Shown piece after piece: positions 10,509 to 19,165 of a DNA stretch of 64,000 nt. Source of the DNA: Candidatus Heimdallarchaeum aukensis (lineage in GTDB: Archaea > Asgardarchaeota > Heimdallarchaeia > Heimdallarchaeales > Heimdallarchaeaceae); the NCBI GenBank assembly GCA_021513695.1, contig CP084166.1, positions 32,001-96,000 of the forward strand. Direction: 5' to 3'. The position numbers were made by a program, and so were the translations under genes. Below the pieces are notes generated by a model that was not told the DNA's origin, searched no databases, and was given only the letters and a program-made list of their open reading frames with translations. The number at the start of each line of letters is the position of its first letter. Position 1 is the stretch's first letter.

Positions 10509-10760
10509 TTATTCTTCTCCAATTATTTCTTTCTCTACAATACAAGTTTGTGTACTTTCAAGACCTGGGATGAGATGTATGCACTCTGAAGTAATGTTGT
10601 AAAGTTCTTCTAAATCTTTAACTTTGATAGTAGCAACAATGTCCCACTCACCAGTAACAACAGCACAACTTGTTATCGCATGAATTTTTCTTAATTCATT
10701 GACCACTTCTTGAGTCTTACCTAATTTTACTGTCATAAGAATATATGCTGTGATTATCAT
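10509..10760 (-). CDS. Stand-alone Lrp/AsnC RAM-domain protein (small ligand-binding regulator domain)
   Basis: 83-aa ORF MIITAYILMTVKLGKTQEVVNELRKIHAITSCAVVTGEWDIVATIKVKDLEELYNITSECIHLIPGLESTQT, matching the RAM-domain pattern (V..A..VTGE.D....V...L..L......I.....V....T...). 12 nt from the upstream transporter-RAM fusion on the same strand. Confidence 0.6.
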   Translation of the reverse strand: MIITAYILMTVKLGKTQEVVNELRKIHAITSCAVVTGEWDIVATIKVKDLEELYNITSECIHLIPGLESTQTCIVEKEIIGEE

Positions 10761-10898
10761 TAAATTTTCAAAAGACTTTTTACCCTAAAAATCTTACTTT
10801 CATTTACGAAGATAAAAATATTTTAGCCTTTATTCTTCAGAAAAAGAGTCTTCGTTATACCAATAATTACAAATATATCTAATTCTGGAGTATTTCAT

Positions 10899-12053
10899 AT
10901 GATTAATAAAAGAAAAAAAATATTGATGCTTGTTTTGAGTACAGTTAACCCCGATGTCAGAGTAGAAAAAGAAGCAAGATATTTGGCATCAAAAAATTTT
11001 GATGTTTCTGTTATTGGAATAACAAGACCAAGTTTAGATTTACCAAAAAAAGAAGAAAGAGATGGTTATACTATATATAGAGTTGAAATCAAGAAAAAAT
11101 TATTTTTCAAGTATTTTGAATTTTATCGTAAAGTAAAGAAACTTGTTGGTTCTGAAGTATATGATTATATCCATTTCCATGACCTAAATGCTTTACCAGC
11201 TATTTCTAAATTAAAGAAAAATGGAAAAATATTTGTTTATGATTCTCATGAAAACTTCCCAGAACAAATGTCTGAAACTTTTGGTTTACCCGCTCAAATA
11301 GTTTATACTTGGGTAGAACGACATTTCATCAAAAAAGTTGATTATGTTTTTACACCAGGAAAGACTTATTCAAATTTACTTGAGAAAAAATACAAAGTTA
11401 AAGCTTCAGTTATTTCTAACTATCCTTCAAAAGAGGATGTAGATAAAGGCCATGAGATTGAAATTCCTAAAGAGTTAGAAAAAAAAGCCAGATTTCGAGT
11501 AGTCTATTTTGGAGTAATGTATGCAAATTTAGGATACGATGTTACAGTAGAAGTAGCAAAACTTATACGAGATCATTATAATTTGAAGCCTTCAGATATA
11601 GATTTTCTCATAATAGGTGACGGTTCTGCATATGAACCAATGAAAAAGATGATAGAAGAAGAAAAGCTCTCTCCTTATTTTATTCTAACAGGATGGATGG
11701 ATTATCATTTAGCACTTTCTGTGTTAAGAACAAGTGATGTAGGACTCATTCTCTTCCAACCAGGAAAAAACAATTTTAGGCGAATTCCTAATAGACTATA
11801 TGAGTATTTTTCAGCTGGGGTTCCTTTTATTGGTTCAGATTTTGAAGGATTAAGAGAAGGAGCAAAGTATGATAAACAACTAGGTTTCTTTGTTAATCCT
11901 CAGTCTCCAGAAAAAATAGCAGAGAGAATAATTAAATTGTTTAAAGATACAAAAACGTTAGAACAACTAAAGAAAAACGCTGAAGAAGCATACAAAACTA
12001 GATTTAATTGGGAAACTGAAATAAAGAAAATAGATAAAATCTATAAAAAGTAA
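10899..12053 (+). CDS. Glycosyltransferase, GT-B fold (GT4/group 1 family)
   Basis: 384-aa ORF. C-terminal half has group-1 glycosyltransferase signatures (ILTGWMDYH, GLILFQPG, YEYFSAGVPFIGSD, E-x7-E-like region). Confidence 0.65.
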   Translation: MINKRKKILMLVLSTVNPDVRVEKEARYLASKNFDVSVIGITRPSLDLPKKEERDGYTIYRVEIKKKLFFKYFEFYRKVKKLVGSEVYDYIHFHDLNALPAISKLKKNGKIFVYDSHENFPEQMSETFGLPAQIVYTWVERHFIKKVDYVFTPGKTYSNLLEKKYKVKASVISNYPSKEDVDKGHEIEIPKELEKKARFRVVYFGVMYANLGYDVTVEVAKLIRDHYNLKPSDIDFLIIGDGSAYEPMKKMIEEEKLSPYFILTGWMDYHLALSVLRTSDVGLILFQPGKNNFRRIPNRLYEYFSAGVPFIGSDFEGLREGAKYDKQLGFFVNPQSPEKIAERIIKLFKDTKTLEQLKKNAEEAYKTRFNWETEIKKIDKIYKK

Positions 12054-12073
12054 AAGTTAATCAAAATACTTGT

Positions 12074-12928
12074 TTAAAACCAACTTATTACATTGTATAT
12101 TTGTTCTTCTACATCTTTTACTTTATCACTTATTTCTGATACATCATTTATTGAATCGAAGAATTTGTTCAAAATGTTTCTTATTTTTTCTATACCATGT
12201 GCAATATCTTGATATTCAAAAGGATAAGCTAGAGCAACAATACAATAATCCTTACCTTCTAATCTCTTATCTAATTGATTTTTGTCTTTAACAATATATA
12301 GAAGACTTGTAGCATAATAGTCTCTCATTTTAGGGATTCTAACAGGCCCCGAGATTATGGATGAACTTTCAAGTTTATCTATCTCTCCCATTCCAAACAA
12401 AGTGTAAAGCATAACGCCCAAGGATAAAATGACTGTTTCTTTTATGTCTTCATATTCTTCTGGAATTCTGTTTACATATATAGGTTCAGTTCCAGAGGTT
12501 CCAAAACGATAAAAAGCTAAGAATATTTTGTTTTTATCATAACGAGATTTCTTTTTTTTGATGTTTTCAATAATTTCTGGTATTTTACTGAAAAATCTTC
12601 CTCTTTTCACAATATAATCTTGAGCGCCCATTTTCATAGCTTTGACAGCTACTTCTTCAGATCCTTGTCCTGTAATTATAAGGACAGGAATATCAGTTAT
12701 TTTTCTGATCTCTTCCAAAATGTCCAAACCTGTAATGTCTCCTAAAAGATAGTCTAGCAATATTATATCGAAGTCATATTTATATTCTTGAAGAATGTTT
12801 AATGCCTCTTCTTTTGTCTGAGTTATATGTACTTCTACATCATGAAAAGCCTTAATTATATTGATTTTGATAAGAAAGGCTATGTCACTGTCATCCTCCA
12901 CAAGTAGTACACGTAGATCATTAGACAT
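12074..12928 (-). CDS. Response-regulator receiver (REC) domain protein with uncharacterised ~165-aa C-terminal domain
   Basis: Likely ATG start at 12928; the ORF track starts at GTG 12958. N-terminal CheY-like REC: LRVLLVEDDSDIAFLIK...DFDIILLDYLLGDITGLDILEEIRKITDIPVLIITGQGSEEVAVKAMKMGAQDYIVK (phospho-acceptor Asp in LLDY, conserved T and K). The rest has no recognisable output domain. Confidence 0.75.
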   Translation of the reverse strand: MSNDLRVLLVEDDSDIAFLIKINIIKAFHDVEVHITQTKEEALNILQEYKYDFDIILLDYLLGDITGLDILEEIRKITDIPVLIITGQGSEEVAVKAMKMGAQDYIVKRGRFFSKIPEIIENIKKKKSRYDKNKIFLAFYRFGTSGTEPIYVNRIPEEYEDIKETVILSLGVMLYTLFGMGEIDKLESSSIISGPVRIPKMRDYYATSLLYIVKDKNQLDKRLEGKDYCIVALAYPFEYQDIAHGIEKIRNILNKFFDSINDVSEISDKVKDVEEQIYNVISWF

Positions 12929-13094
12929 TGTTTGTTCCTCGAAGTATAAGAAATACACTTTCTTTCCTTTATAATAAAATATAAATTATAAGTTTTAACA
13001 TTTGTGGAATTTCTCATGTATTATGATTCTTTTTTTTGTAGTATGCTTCTAATCTTATGCAAAAGTGAAAGTTTTAATACTTTTTTTATTAATG

Positions 13095-13170
13095 AAGGCT
13101 GATGGGTTGAGGATTGTCATGCACTACGTTGATATGTGATAGAAGCTTAGGGATGAAACCCATCTTTCTA
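13095..13170. ncRNA. Candidate structured element: 8-bp inverted repeat (GATGGGTT ... AACCCATC) enclosing 48 nt, G+C-richer than flanks
   Basis: Stem arms at 13101-13108 and 13157-13164. Lies in the 330-nt spacer between the Arf-like GTPase and REC-protein genes. Followed by a T-rich tract on the plus strand (ctttctatttt). Confidence 0.2.
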
Positions 13171-13261
13171 TTTTAATTAATAAAGAAACTGATTTTTTCT
13201 TGTTTTAAATTTTTATTTAAATTTAGCTAACTACTTTATTTAAATAAAAGTTATTATAGGC

Positions 13262-14251
13262 TTAATGTTCAATAAATTCTTTCTCGCTTATAACTTTACA
13301 TGTTAATGTTTTAGCAGCAAAAGGTATGAAACTTTTTTCTAGCTCCTTTTTAACCTTTTCAAAAATCAAATAGCGATTTTCTTCACTTGTTAGATCCAAA
13401 GTAATGATTTCAGTTAAATTTTCTATTAATGTAAGCAAAGGACCTTTTTCTATTAGTACATACTCTGTTGTTACTAATAAAGCAATGTTATGATAACTAA
13501 TAAACAGTAGTTTATATTCCTCAAAGTTAATTTCTTCCATTGAACTAAGTTGTTTTTTGTTTGTTGAATTTAGCCACTTATTCTCATAAGCACTAATTAT
13601 GTTCTTAACTTTTTCTCTGGTTCTTGTATTATCGTGTATATGAAGATTAACTCCGTCTTTTTTAATGAAAATATCTACCGATAAAATGTTTGGCATTAAT
13701 CCTGTTTTTTTACTAACCAACTTGCTTATTAACCAATTCATCGCATCGCTTATGTATTCGCCTGTTTTGACTGAAATGAAAAAGAATCGAAAACTCATCT
13801 GACTTTCAATTGAAATTAATTTGTTAAGTTCAAATCCTTTAACAATTTCTTCAATAACTCTTTCTTTTTCTGTAATTAAGTCCATCTTATTACCTAGAAA
13901 AAGCACTGGTATATCTTTGTTTTTTATCCATTCTAAAATAGTATAGAACCATTCTTTACTTTCTGGTAAACTTTCTAAATTTGAAGCGTCAAAAATGAAA
14001 ATTAAAGCAGAGGAAAGATTAATGTAATTTTTCCAAATGTGCTTTCTGAATGCTTGGTGTCCCCCCATATCCCAAATTTGAAGGGGAAAACCTTGGTACT
14101 CGGTAAATTCTACATCAACACCTAAAGTCGGAGGAGAAGAAACAAAGGTTCCCGATAGTAACCTTTGGGTAAAGCTAGATTTTCCGGCTTGTGGAAGGCC
14201 AGTTATAGCAATAGAGAATCTTGTCATTTTTGAGTTCACTTCAATTAGCAC
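13262..14251 (-). CDS. Arf/Sar-family-like small GTPase with ~150-aa C-terminal extension of unknown function
   Basis: 329-aa ORF. P-loop GLPQAGKSS. PTLGVDVEFTEY resembles Arf PTIGFNVETVEY. Switch II WDMGGHQ (Arf WDVGGQ) followed by RKHIWKNY (Arf RPLWRHY). IFIFDASN (Arf IFVVDSND). NKMD (NKxD). C-terminal G5-like SVKTGEYISDAMNWLISKL (Arf ATSGDGLYEGLDWL). Confidence 0.8.
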   Translation of the reverse strand: MLIEVNSKMTRFSIAITGLPQAGKSSFTQRLLSGTFVSSPPTLGVDVEFTEYQGFPLQIWDMGGHQAFRKHIWKNYINLSSALIFIFDASNLESLPESKEWFYTILEWIKNKDIPVLFLGNKMDLITEKERVIEEIVKGFELNKLISIESQMSFRFFFISVKTGEYISDAMNWLISKLVSKKTGLMPNILSVDIFIKKDGVNLHIHDNTRTREKVKNIISAYENKWLNSTNKKQLSSMEEINFEEYKLLFISYHNIALLVTTEYVLIEKGPLLTLIENLTEIITLDLTSEENRYLIFEKVKKELEKSFIPFAAKTLTCKVISEKEFIEH

Positions 14252-14376
14252 TAAAAACTATCTTTAATTTGTTATAAAAGTTTAGTTATTTATAATAGTA
14301 GTTCAATTAATTCTTTAAAATTCTAAATTTATCATGTTAAAGAGAACATATAATTGAAAAATAAAAAATCATAATT

Positions 14377-14844
14377 CTATAATTTAGTCTTTTGTTCAAC
14401 TTTAACATCGATGGGTATTCCTTCTTCAATACTAGTTGAAGCTATACAATAGTTTCTAAAAATTTTCAAACACTGATCTAGTTTTTGCTTATCTTCTTCT
14501 GGAATATTTAAAACAGGATTAATTTCTACTTCTATCTTTTTAATTCTCCAAAAACCTTCTTCATTTCTTTGTCTTGTGAGCTTAACTTTTGTCTTTAAAT
14601 CTTTAATTTCTGCTCTTTTTTTCATCATACAGAAAGTTAAGGATGCAGATAAGCAATTACCGACTGCTGCTGCGATTAACATTGAAGCTGTTGGTCCAAG
14701 TTCTTCTCCTCCCGGAACAGATTTATCTTCGTCCATGAGTAAGTTAGGAATAGTTTCTTTTCCAAAATCAACAATGAATTTGAAATTGCTAATTCGACTC
14801 AAATTTAGTTCATATTCAAAACTTTTTTGCTTTTTTTCAGTCAT
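14377..14844 (-). CDS. OsmC/Ohr-family peroxiredoxin-like protein
   Basis: 155-aa ORF with GPTASMLIAAAVGNCLSASLTF, which matches the OsmC core (GP.P.ELLLAALAGC), and a C-terminal conserved Cys (NYCIAS). Confidence 0.6.
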   Translation of the reverse strand: MTEKKQKSFEYELNLSRISNFKFIVDFGKETIPNLLMDEDKSVPGGEELGPTASMLIAAAVGNCLSASLTFCMMKKRAEIKDLKTKVKLTRQRNEEGFWRIKKIEVEINPVLNIPEEDKQKLDQCLKIFRNYCIASTSIEEGIPIDVKVEQKTKL

Positions 14845-14966
14845 ATGTTTGTTTTGGACATACCTTTTTTATGCATTTTGAAATTTCAAATAATGATGCT
14901 TTGAGAAATTTTTTGTTCAAAATAAATATTAAAAAGGGAGTGTTTTAACAAAAACATGAAAAGAAA

Positions 14967-15227
14967 ATGTCATTAGTTCATCCTTTCGCTAAATCAATAA
15001 TTCAGAATTGTCAAAAAGATAATAGTTGGTTGATTATGCTTAAATGGTCAAAAATTGATGAAGTAAAGAAAATACTTGAAGACAGATGCGACTTTATAAG
15101 TAGTGTTGGCAGTTTTATATTAAAATACAAGTATAAAGGAGTTGACATTTCTTTTTACAAAAATGGTAAACTTATTTTCACTAATGTAGAAAATATTGAA
15201 ATTATTATAAAAGATCTATTAGGTTAA
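14967..15227 (+). CDS. Hypothetical small protein
   Basis: 86-aa ORF ending 5 nt upstream of iscS. No recognisable motif. Confidence 0.35.
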   Translation: MSLVHPFAKSIIQNCQKDNSWLIMLKWSKIDEVKKILEDRCDFISSVGSFILKYKYKGVDISFYKNGKLIFTNVENIEIIIKDLLG

Positions 15228-15231
15228 AAAA

Positions 15232-16443
15232 ATGAAGAAAGTAGATGGATTGTTAGAAGAACATGGGCGTTCTAAGATAGAAGTATATGTTGACTGGGAA
15301 AATGGAAATTATGTTCCAAAAGAAGTATTTGAAGCAATGAAACCTTTTTATCTAGAGCGAGGTTTTGCTAATCCTGCCATAACACATCGTTTAGGTTGGG
15401 AAACTTACGAACTTTATGTAGAAACAAAAGAAAAATTAGTTCAACCTTTGAATATTTCTCCTCAGGATTTCTATATTACACATGGTTTAACTGAATCCAA
15501 TAATATTGCTATTCGAGGGGTTGCCAAAGCAAATAAAAAGAGAAAGAAAATAATTACTTCTTCTGTAGAACATCTAAGTGTTATTCATTCTAGCAGATTC
15601 ATGGAAAGTCAAGGATATAAGATAGAAGAGATACCTGTATATAGTAATGGAATTATTGATTTAGACAGATTACAAGACATAATTGACGAAGAAACGCTTA
15701 TAGTAAGTGTGCAGTTAGCAAATCATGAAATTGGTTCAATTCAACCATTACGCGAAGTTATTGAAATCGTGAAGGACAAGAATAAGGATATTCTTGTTCA
15801 CTCTGATATGTCTGCAGCTTTTGGAAGAATGAAAATTGATCTAAACAAATTAGATATTGATTTAGCTACATTTGACAGTTCAAAGATTTTAGGTCCTAAA
15901 GGCGTTGGAGGTCTATTCGTAAAAGAAGGGGTACATGTTAAACCATTGCTTGAAGGTCAATTAAGTGTCGAAATTCTCTCTCCTGAAGTAGAAATTATGC
16001 CCTTGATTGCAGGTTTTGCAAAAGCAGTTGAATTACAATTTGAGAACTTTGATGAACATATTTCGAGTTTAACTAAATTAAGAAACAAACTTCTATATGG
16101 TCTTTATACAACTATTCCAAAAACATTAATTAATGGAGCAGAGGGTGAAAAGAGAATAGCTGATAATGTCAATTTAAGCTTCATAGGTTGTGAGGGCGAA
16201 GCTTTAACAGTAGAATGTAGCATGAATGGTATTTATACCTCAAGTGGAAGCGCGTGTTCTAGTAGAATTCTAATGCCAAGTCATATCTTAACAGCAATAG
16301 GTAGGCGACCAGAGGAAGCCCATGGTAGCCTTTTAATGAAGATAAGTCGTCTAAATACAGAAGCGCAAATTGAGTATATTTTAGAAACAATGCCTAAAGT
16401 AGTTACAAGACTTAGAAAAATTACAGGAAGTATTGAGCTATAG
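15232..16443 (+). CDS. iscS: Cysteine desulfurase (class V aminotransferase, IscS/NifS-like)
   Basis: 403-aa ORF. HGLTESNNIAIRG (IscS SGGTESNNLAIKG), HSDMSAAFG, DSSKILGPKGVGGLFVK (PLP-Lys region), and the active-site Cys loop TSSGSACSSRILMPSHILTAIG (IscS [21 protein letters not shown]). Confidence 0.85.
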   Translation: MKKVDGLLEEHGRSKIEVYVDWENGNYVPKEVFEAMKPFYLERGFANPAITHRLGWETYELYVETKEKLVQPLNISPQDFYITHGLTESNNIAIRGVAKANKKRKKIITSSVEHLSVIHSSRFMESQGYKIEEIPVYSNGIIDLDRLQDIIDEETLIVSVQLANHEIGSIQPLREVIEIVKDKNKDILVHSDMSAAFGRMKIDLNKLDIDLATFDSSKILGPKGVGGLFVKEGVHVKPLLEGQLSVEILSPEVEIMPLIAGFAKAVELQFENFDEHISSLTKLRNKLLYGLYTTIPKTLINGAEGEKRIADNVNLSFIGCEGEALTVECSMNGIYTSSGSACSSRILMPSHILTAIGRRPEEAHGSLLMKISRLNTEAQIEYILETMPKVVTRLRKITGSIEL

Positions 16444-16483
16444 AAAATAATAAAAAATTAAATTAAAAGAAAAGGTGAAAAAG

Positions 16484-16987
16484 ATGTCAAGTAGAATTCC
16501 TCTACCATATTCGCAAAGAGTGATAGAACTCTTTAAGAATCCAGTAAATTTAGGAAAAATGGATGATGCAACAGTATTTGCACAAGCAGGTTCTCCAGCA
16601 TGTGGAGATATGATTGCTTTTTATCTTAAAATAGATGAAAAAAAAGAAAAAATCACAAAATCCTCTTTTGAAAGCTTTGGTTGTGCATCAAATATCGCAG
16701 CAGCAAGTGAAGTAACTATAATGATCCATAATAAAACTTTGAAAGAAGCATGGAATATCAGTTGGAAAGACGTTTCTGATGCTCTTGGAGGGTTACCAAA
16801 AATAAAAAATCACTGTGGGACTCTTGCAGTTGGTGCATTACAAAGAGCTATTAGAAAATACTATACAACCATTAAGAAAGAAATACCCGATTGGTTACCC
16901 AAAGAATACACAAAAGATGAAAAACATGCTATGGAAGAAGAAGAGTTAGCAAAGAAACTTGCCAAAAAATATAACCTTTCAATCTAG
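16484..16987 (+). CDS. iscU: IscU/NifU-like Fe-S cluster scaffold protein
   Basis: Conserved scaffold cysteines in context: GSPACGDMIAFYLKID, FESFGCASNIAAAS, IKNHCGTLAVGALQRAI. SD-like AAAGGTGA 5 nt upstream of ATG 16484. Immediately downstream of iscS. Confidence 0.85.
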   Translation: MSSRIPLPYSQRVIELFKNPVNLGKMDDATVFAQAGSPACGDMIAFYLKIDEKKEKITKSSFESFGCASNIAAASEVTIMIHNKTLKEAWNISWKDVSDALGGLPKIKNHCGTLAVGALQRAIRKYYTTIKKEIPDWLPKEYTKDEKHAMEEEELAKKLAKKYNLSI

Positions 16988-17053
16988 TGTAGTTTATTTT
17001 AGTATAATGTTTTTTTTCTACTTCCAAAATTTATTTTATCGTAAATTTAAAAA

Positions 17054-17983
17054 TTAAATTGAAAGTAAAATCGAACCACAGACAATACTAACTACACCTA
17101 ATAACTGAAGTTTAGATATTTTCTCTTTTAAGAAAACAGAACCTAATAATAAAACGAAGAAAGGAGATATTGAAGAAATTGGTGTGCTTCTAGCTGCGCC
17201 AATAAGAGTAACAGCAGTGAAGAATGATATTCCTCCTGCCCCCCAAGTTACAATTCCCCCTAGTATAAGAAATGACAAATCTTTTTTGCTTGTAAGTTTT
17301 TTATCTATTTTATTAAGTTTATTTCTTAAATATGAAATACTAATCCCGATTCCAGCAATTAAAATCATTATACCATTTCTTATTCCAAGCATCGGAATAA
17401 CATTAATTCCATCAAAACTGAGAAGTATTTTAGTAAAGACTATAGTGAAACCCCATGCTAAAGCTGCTAATATTGCGAATATCATCCCTTGTAAATTATT
17501 TCTCTTTTCTTCTTGAGATTTTTCTAAACCATTTTCATCTTTTCTGTTTGTTTGAAAAGAAATAATTCCTGCACCAATCACATTTAACAATGTACCAATT
17601 ATTATTTGTGTTGTGACTTTCTCAATTCCTCCAATTAAGAGTATTATATTTGTAAATAATGGATAAGTAGCAGAAATAGGTTGTGATATTGAAGCGTCTA
17701 GTTTTTTCATTGAGAAAAGAGAAAAAAAATCGCCTAATGTAATTGTAATTGCTGAGAGAATTAACCACAAGCTTGCTTCGCCTTTAAAGAAAACTGTTAA
17801 TGATTCAATTCCATAAAGTAGAACTGATATTGTTATGATTAATGGAATAGCCACTAGTCCTCTCAAGAATGTTGCAGTTAAAGGATCAGTACTTTTTACT
17901 CCTAGTTTATATGTGATAAATCCTATTCCCCAACCAAAGGCTGCTAAAAAGGATAAACCTATTCCTAAAGCGAAGGCTGTCAT
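17054..17983 (-). CDS. EamA/DMT-family transporter
   Basis: 309-aa ORF with 10 predicted TM segments in two 5-TM halves separated by a hydrophilic loop (QTNRKDENGLEKSQEEKRNNLQGM). Confidence 0.6.
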   Translation of the reverse strand: MTAFALGIGLSFLAAFGWGIGFITYKLGVKSTDPLTATFLRGLVAIPLIITISVLLYGIESLTVFFKGEASLWLILSAITITLGDFFSLFSMKKLDASISQPISATYPLFTNIILLIGGIEKVTTQIIIGTLLNVIGAGIISFQTNRKDENGLEKSQEEKRNNLQGMIFAILAALAWGFTIVFTKILLSFDGINVIPMLGIRNGIMILIAGIGISISYLRNKLNKIDKKLTSKKDLSFLILGGIVTWGAGGISFFTAVTLIGAARSTPISSISPFFVLLLGSVFLKEKISKLQLLGVVSIVCGSILLSI

Positions 17984-18036
17984 TTTTCAAAAAAAGAAAA
18001 AACAATTCGTTAAAAAATGTTTTGAAATAGCAAATA

Positions 18037-18612
18037 TTAGATTTTTGAAATTGAGATTATCTTTTGAACGATGTCATCTAAATTGTTACCAACTGCTAAA
18101 ATACCATGATCACGAAGAATTACAAAATCATTGCTTCCTAAAGCTTTAGTAGCTTCTCTTGCTAATTCCCAAGTTCCATATGGATAAGATTCTTTTGTGA
18201 TTGGAAATCTATTAAGTAGTTGTAATTTTTCAAGATTTGGTAGATGTAAATGTAGACAATATCTTACATCTGGACGATTTTGATAAACTTGTAAATGCAT
18301 TGGTGTTTCACTACTTGGTATCTTGGAACCATAATACCTGATAATGTCTCCACCTAGAGTATTTTCTACAACTTTAGAAAGATCTTGGGGAACCATAAGA
18401 TTCTTTAATTTTGAGCGAGTTGCAGAAATTAAAATTCCATCACTTAATCTCGCAGAAATATTTCCTGTCACTCCTTCAAGAGTCTCAGGAGGTAATTCAG
18501 AAAGAGCTTTTTGAAGTTGTAATGCTATTTCATTTAATGAACTGTTGAACTCCAATTCTCCCTCTTTCACGTGCCTAAACTTGACACCTACATATTCTTC
18601 AGTATAACCCAT
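18037..18612 (-). CDS. Class II aldolase/adducin-family protein (MtnB/fuculose-phosphate-aldolase-like)
   Basis: 191-aa ORF. GNISAR motif (family GN[IV]S.R). SSETPMHLQVYQNRPDVRYCLHLHLP (family SSE...H..IY..RPD..AV.HTH.P). HGILAVGNNLDD (HG.L..G..L..A). Confidence 0.7.
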   Translation of the reverse strand: MGYTEEYVGVKFRHVKEGELEFNSSLNEIALQLQKALSELPPETLEGVTGNISARLSDGILISATRSKLKNLMVPQDLSKVVENTLGGDIIRYYGSKIPSSETPMHLQVYQNRPDVRYCLHLHLPNLEKLQLLNRFPITKESYPYGTWELAREATKALGSNDFVILRDHGILAVGNNLDDIVQKIISISKI

Positions 18613-18809
18613 GTTTTATTCACCTATTTCTTTAATACGTGTTATTAATACATATTAGTTTCGGTTTACATATTAACAGCTTATATAATAAATATAATAA
18701 TATTATGATTAAGAATCATATTTATAAATTAATCTAAATCATATTTAATAAAATATGTGTGATTGTAAAAGAGTTTTTAAAGAGTGATTTATAGCTTAGT
18801 GTGATATAA

Positions 18810-19148
18810 ATGAGTAGAAAAATTCCAATGAAAGTTGAAAGAAAGGAAGAAACTCCACAATATTATGCAGAAAGTGTTCAGGTAGTTTATAATATTAGCG
18901 GATTTAAGATGATAATTTTCAATGATATTGCTGAATATTCTTCAGATTCTAGCGTGGGCCCTGAAGCATTAGTTCCTAAAACAGTGATTAAAAGAATACA
19001 AGCAGAGATCGCTCTTTCTCCACAACAGATGAAAATACTCTCTTCAGTGATAAACAATCAATTGCAAGCATATGAAAAACAATTTGGTGAAATAAAAATT
19101 CCTAATATCCAAGCGAAACATGATAGTTCAAGCGCTTCATATGTTTAA
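18810..19148 (+). CDS. DUF3467-like small protein
   Basis: 112-aa ORF. PQYYAESVQVVYNISGFKMIIFNDIAE ... VIKRIQAEIALSPQQMKILSSVINNQLQAYEKQFGEIK resembles the DUF3467 pattern (YANLA.I.HS..EF.LDF ... RI.L.PQHAKRLL.AL..NI..YE..FG.I), as recalled from memory. Confidence 0.45.
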   Translation: MSRKIPMKVERKEETPQYYAESVQVVYNISGFKMIIFNDIAEYSSDSSVGPEALVPKTVIKRIQAEIALSPQQMKILSSVINNQLQAYEKQFGEIKIPNIQAKHDSSSASYV

Positions 19149-19165
19149 AATTAAATTGTTTTCAA

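Noticed and set aside
12070-12291. 73-aa plus-strand ORF overlapping the REC-protein gene
   Set aside because: It is antisense to a confident CheY-like CDS and its translation is L/H-rich and low-complexity.
13095-13170. tRNA or C/D-box sRNA gene in the G+C-rich spacer
   Set aside because: No acceptor/T-arm (GTTCRANYC) cloverleaf can be drawn. C-box-like UGAUG occurs but there is no correctly placed D box (CUGA) at the 3' end. Kept only as a generic hairpin candidate.
17184-18149. ORFs 17184-17516 and 17835-18149 on the plus strand
   Set aside because: They are antisense to the EamA transporter gene and the class II aldolase gene. They mirror those genes' hydrophobic codons and have no independent support.
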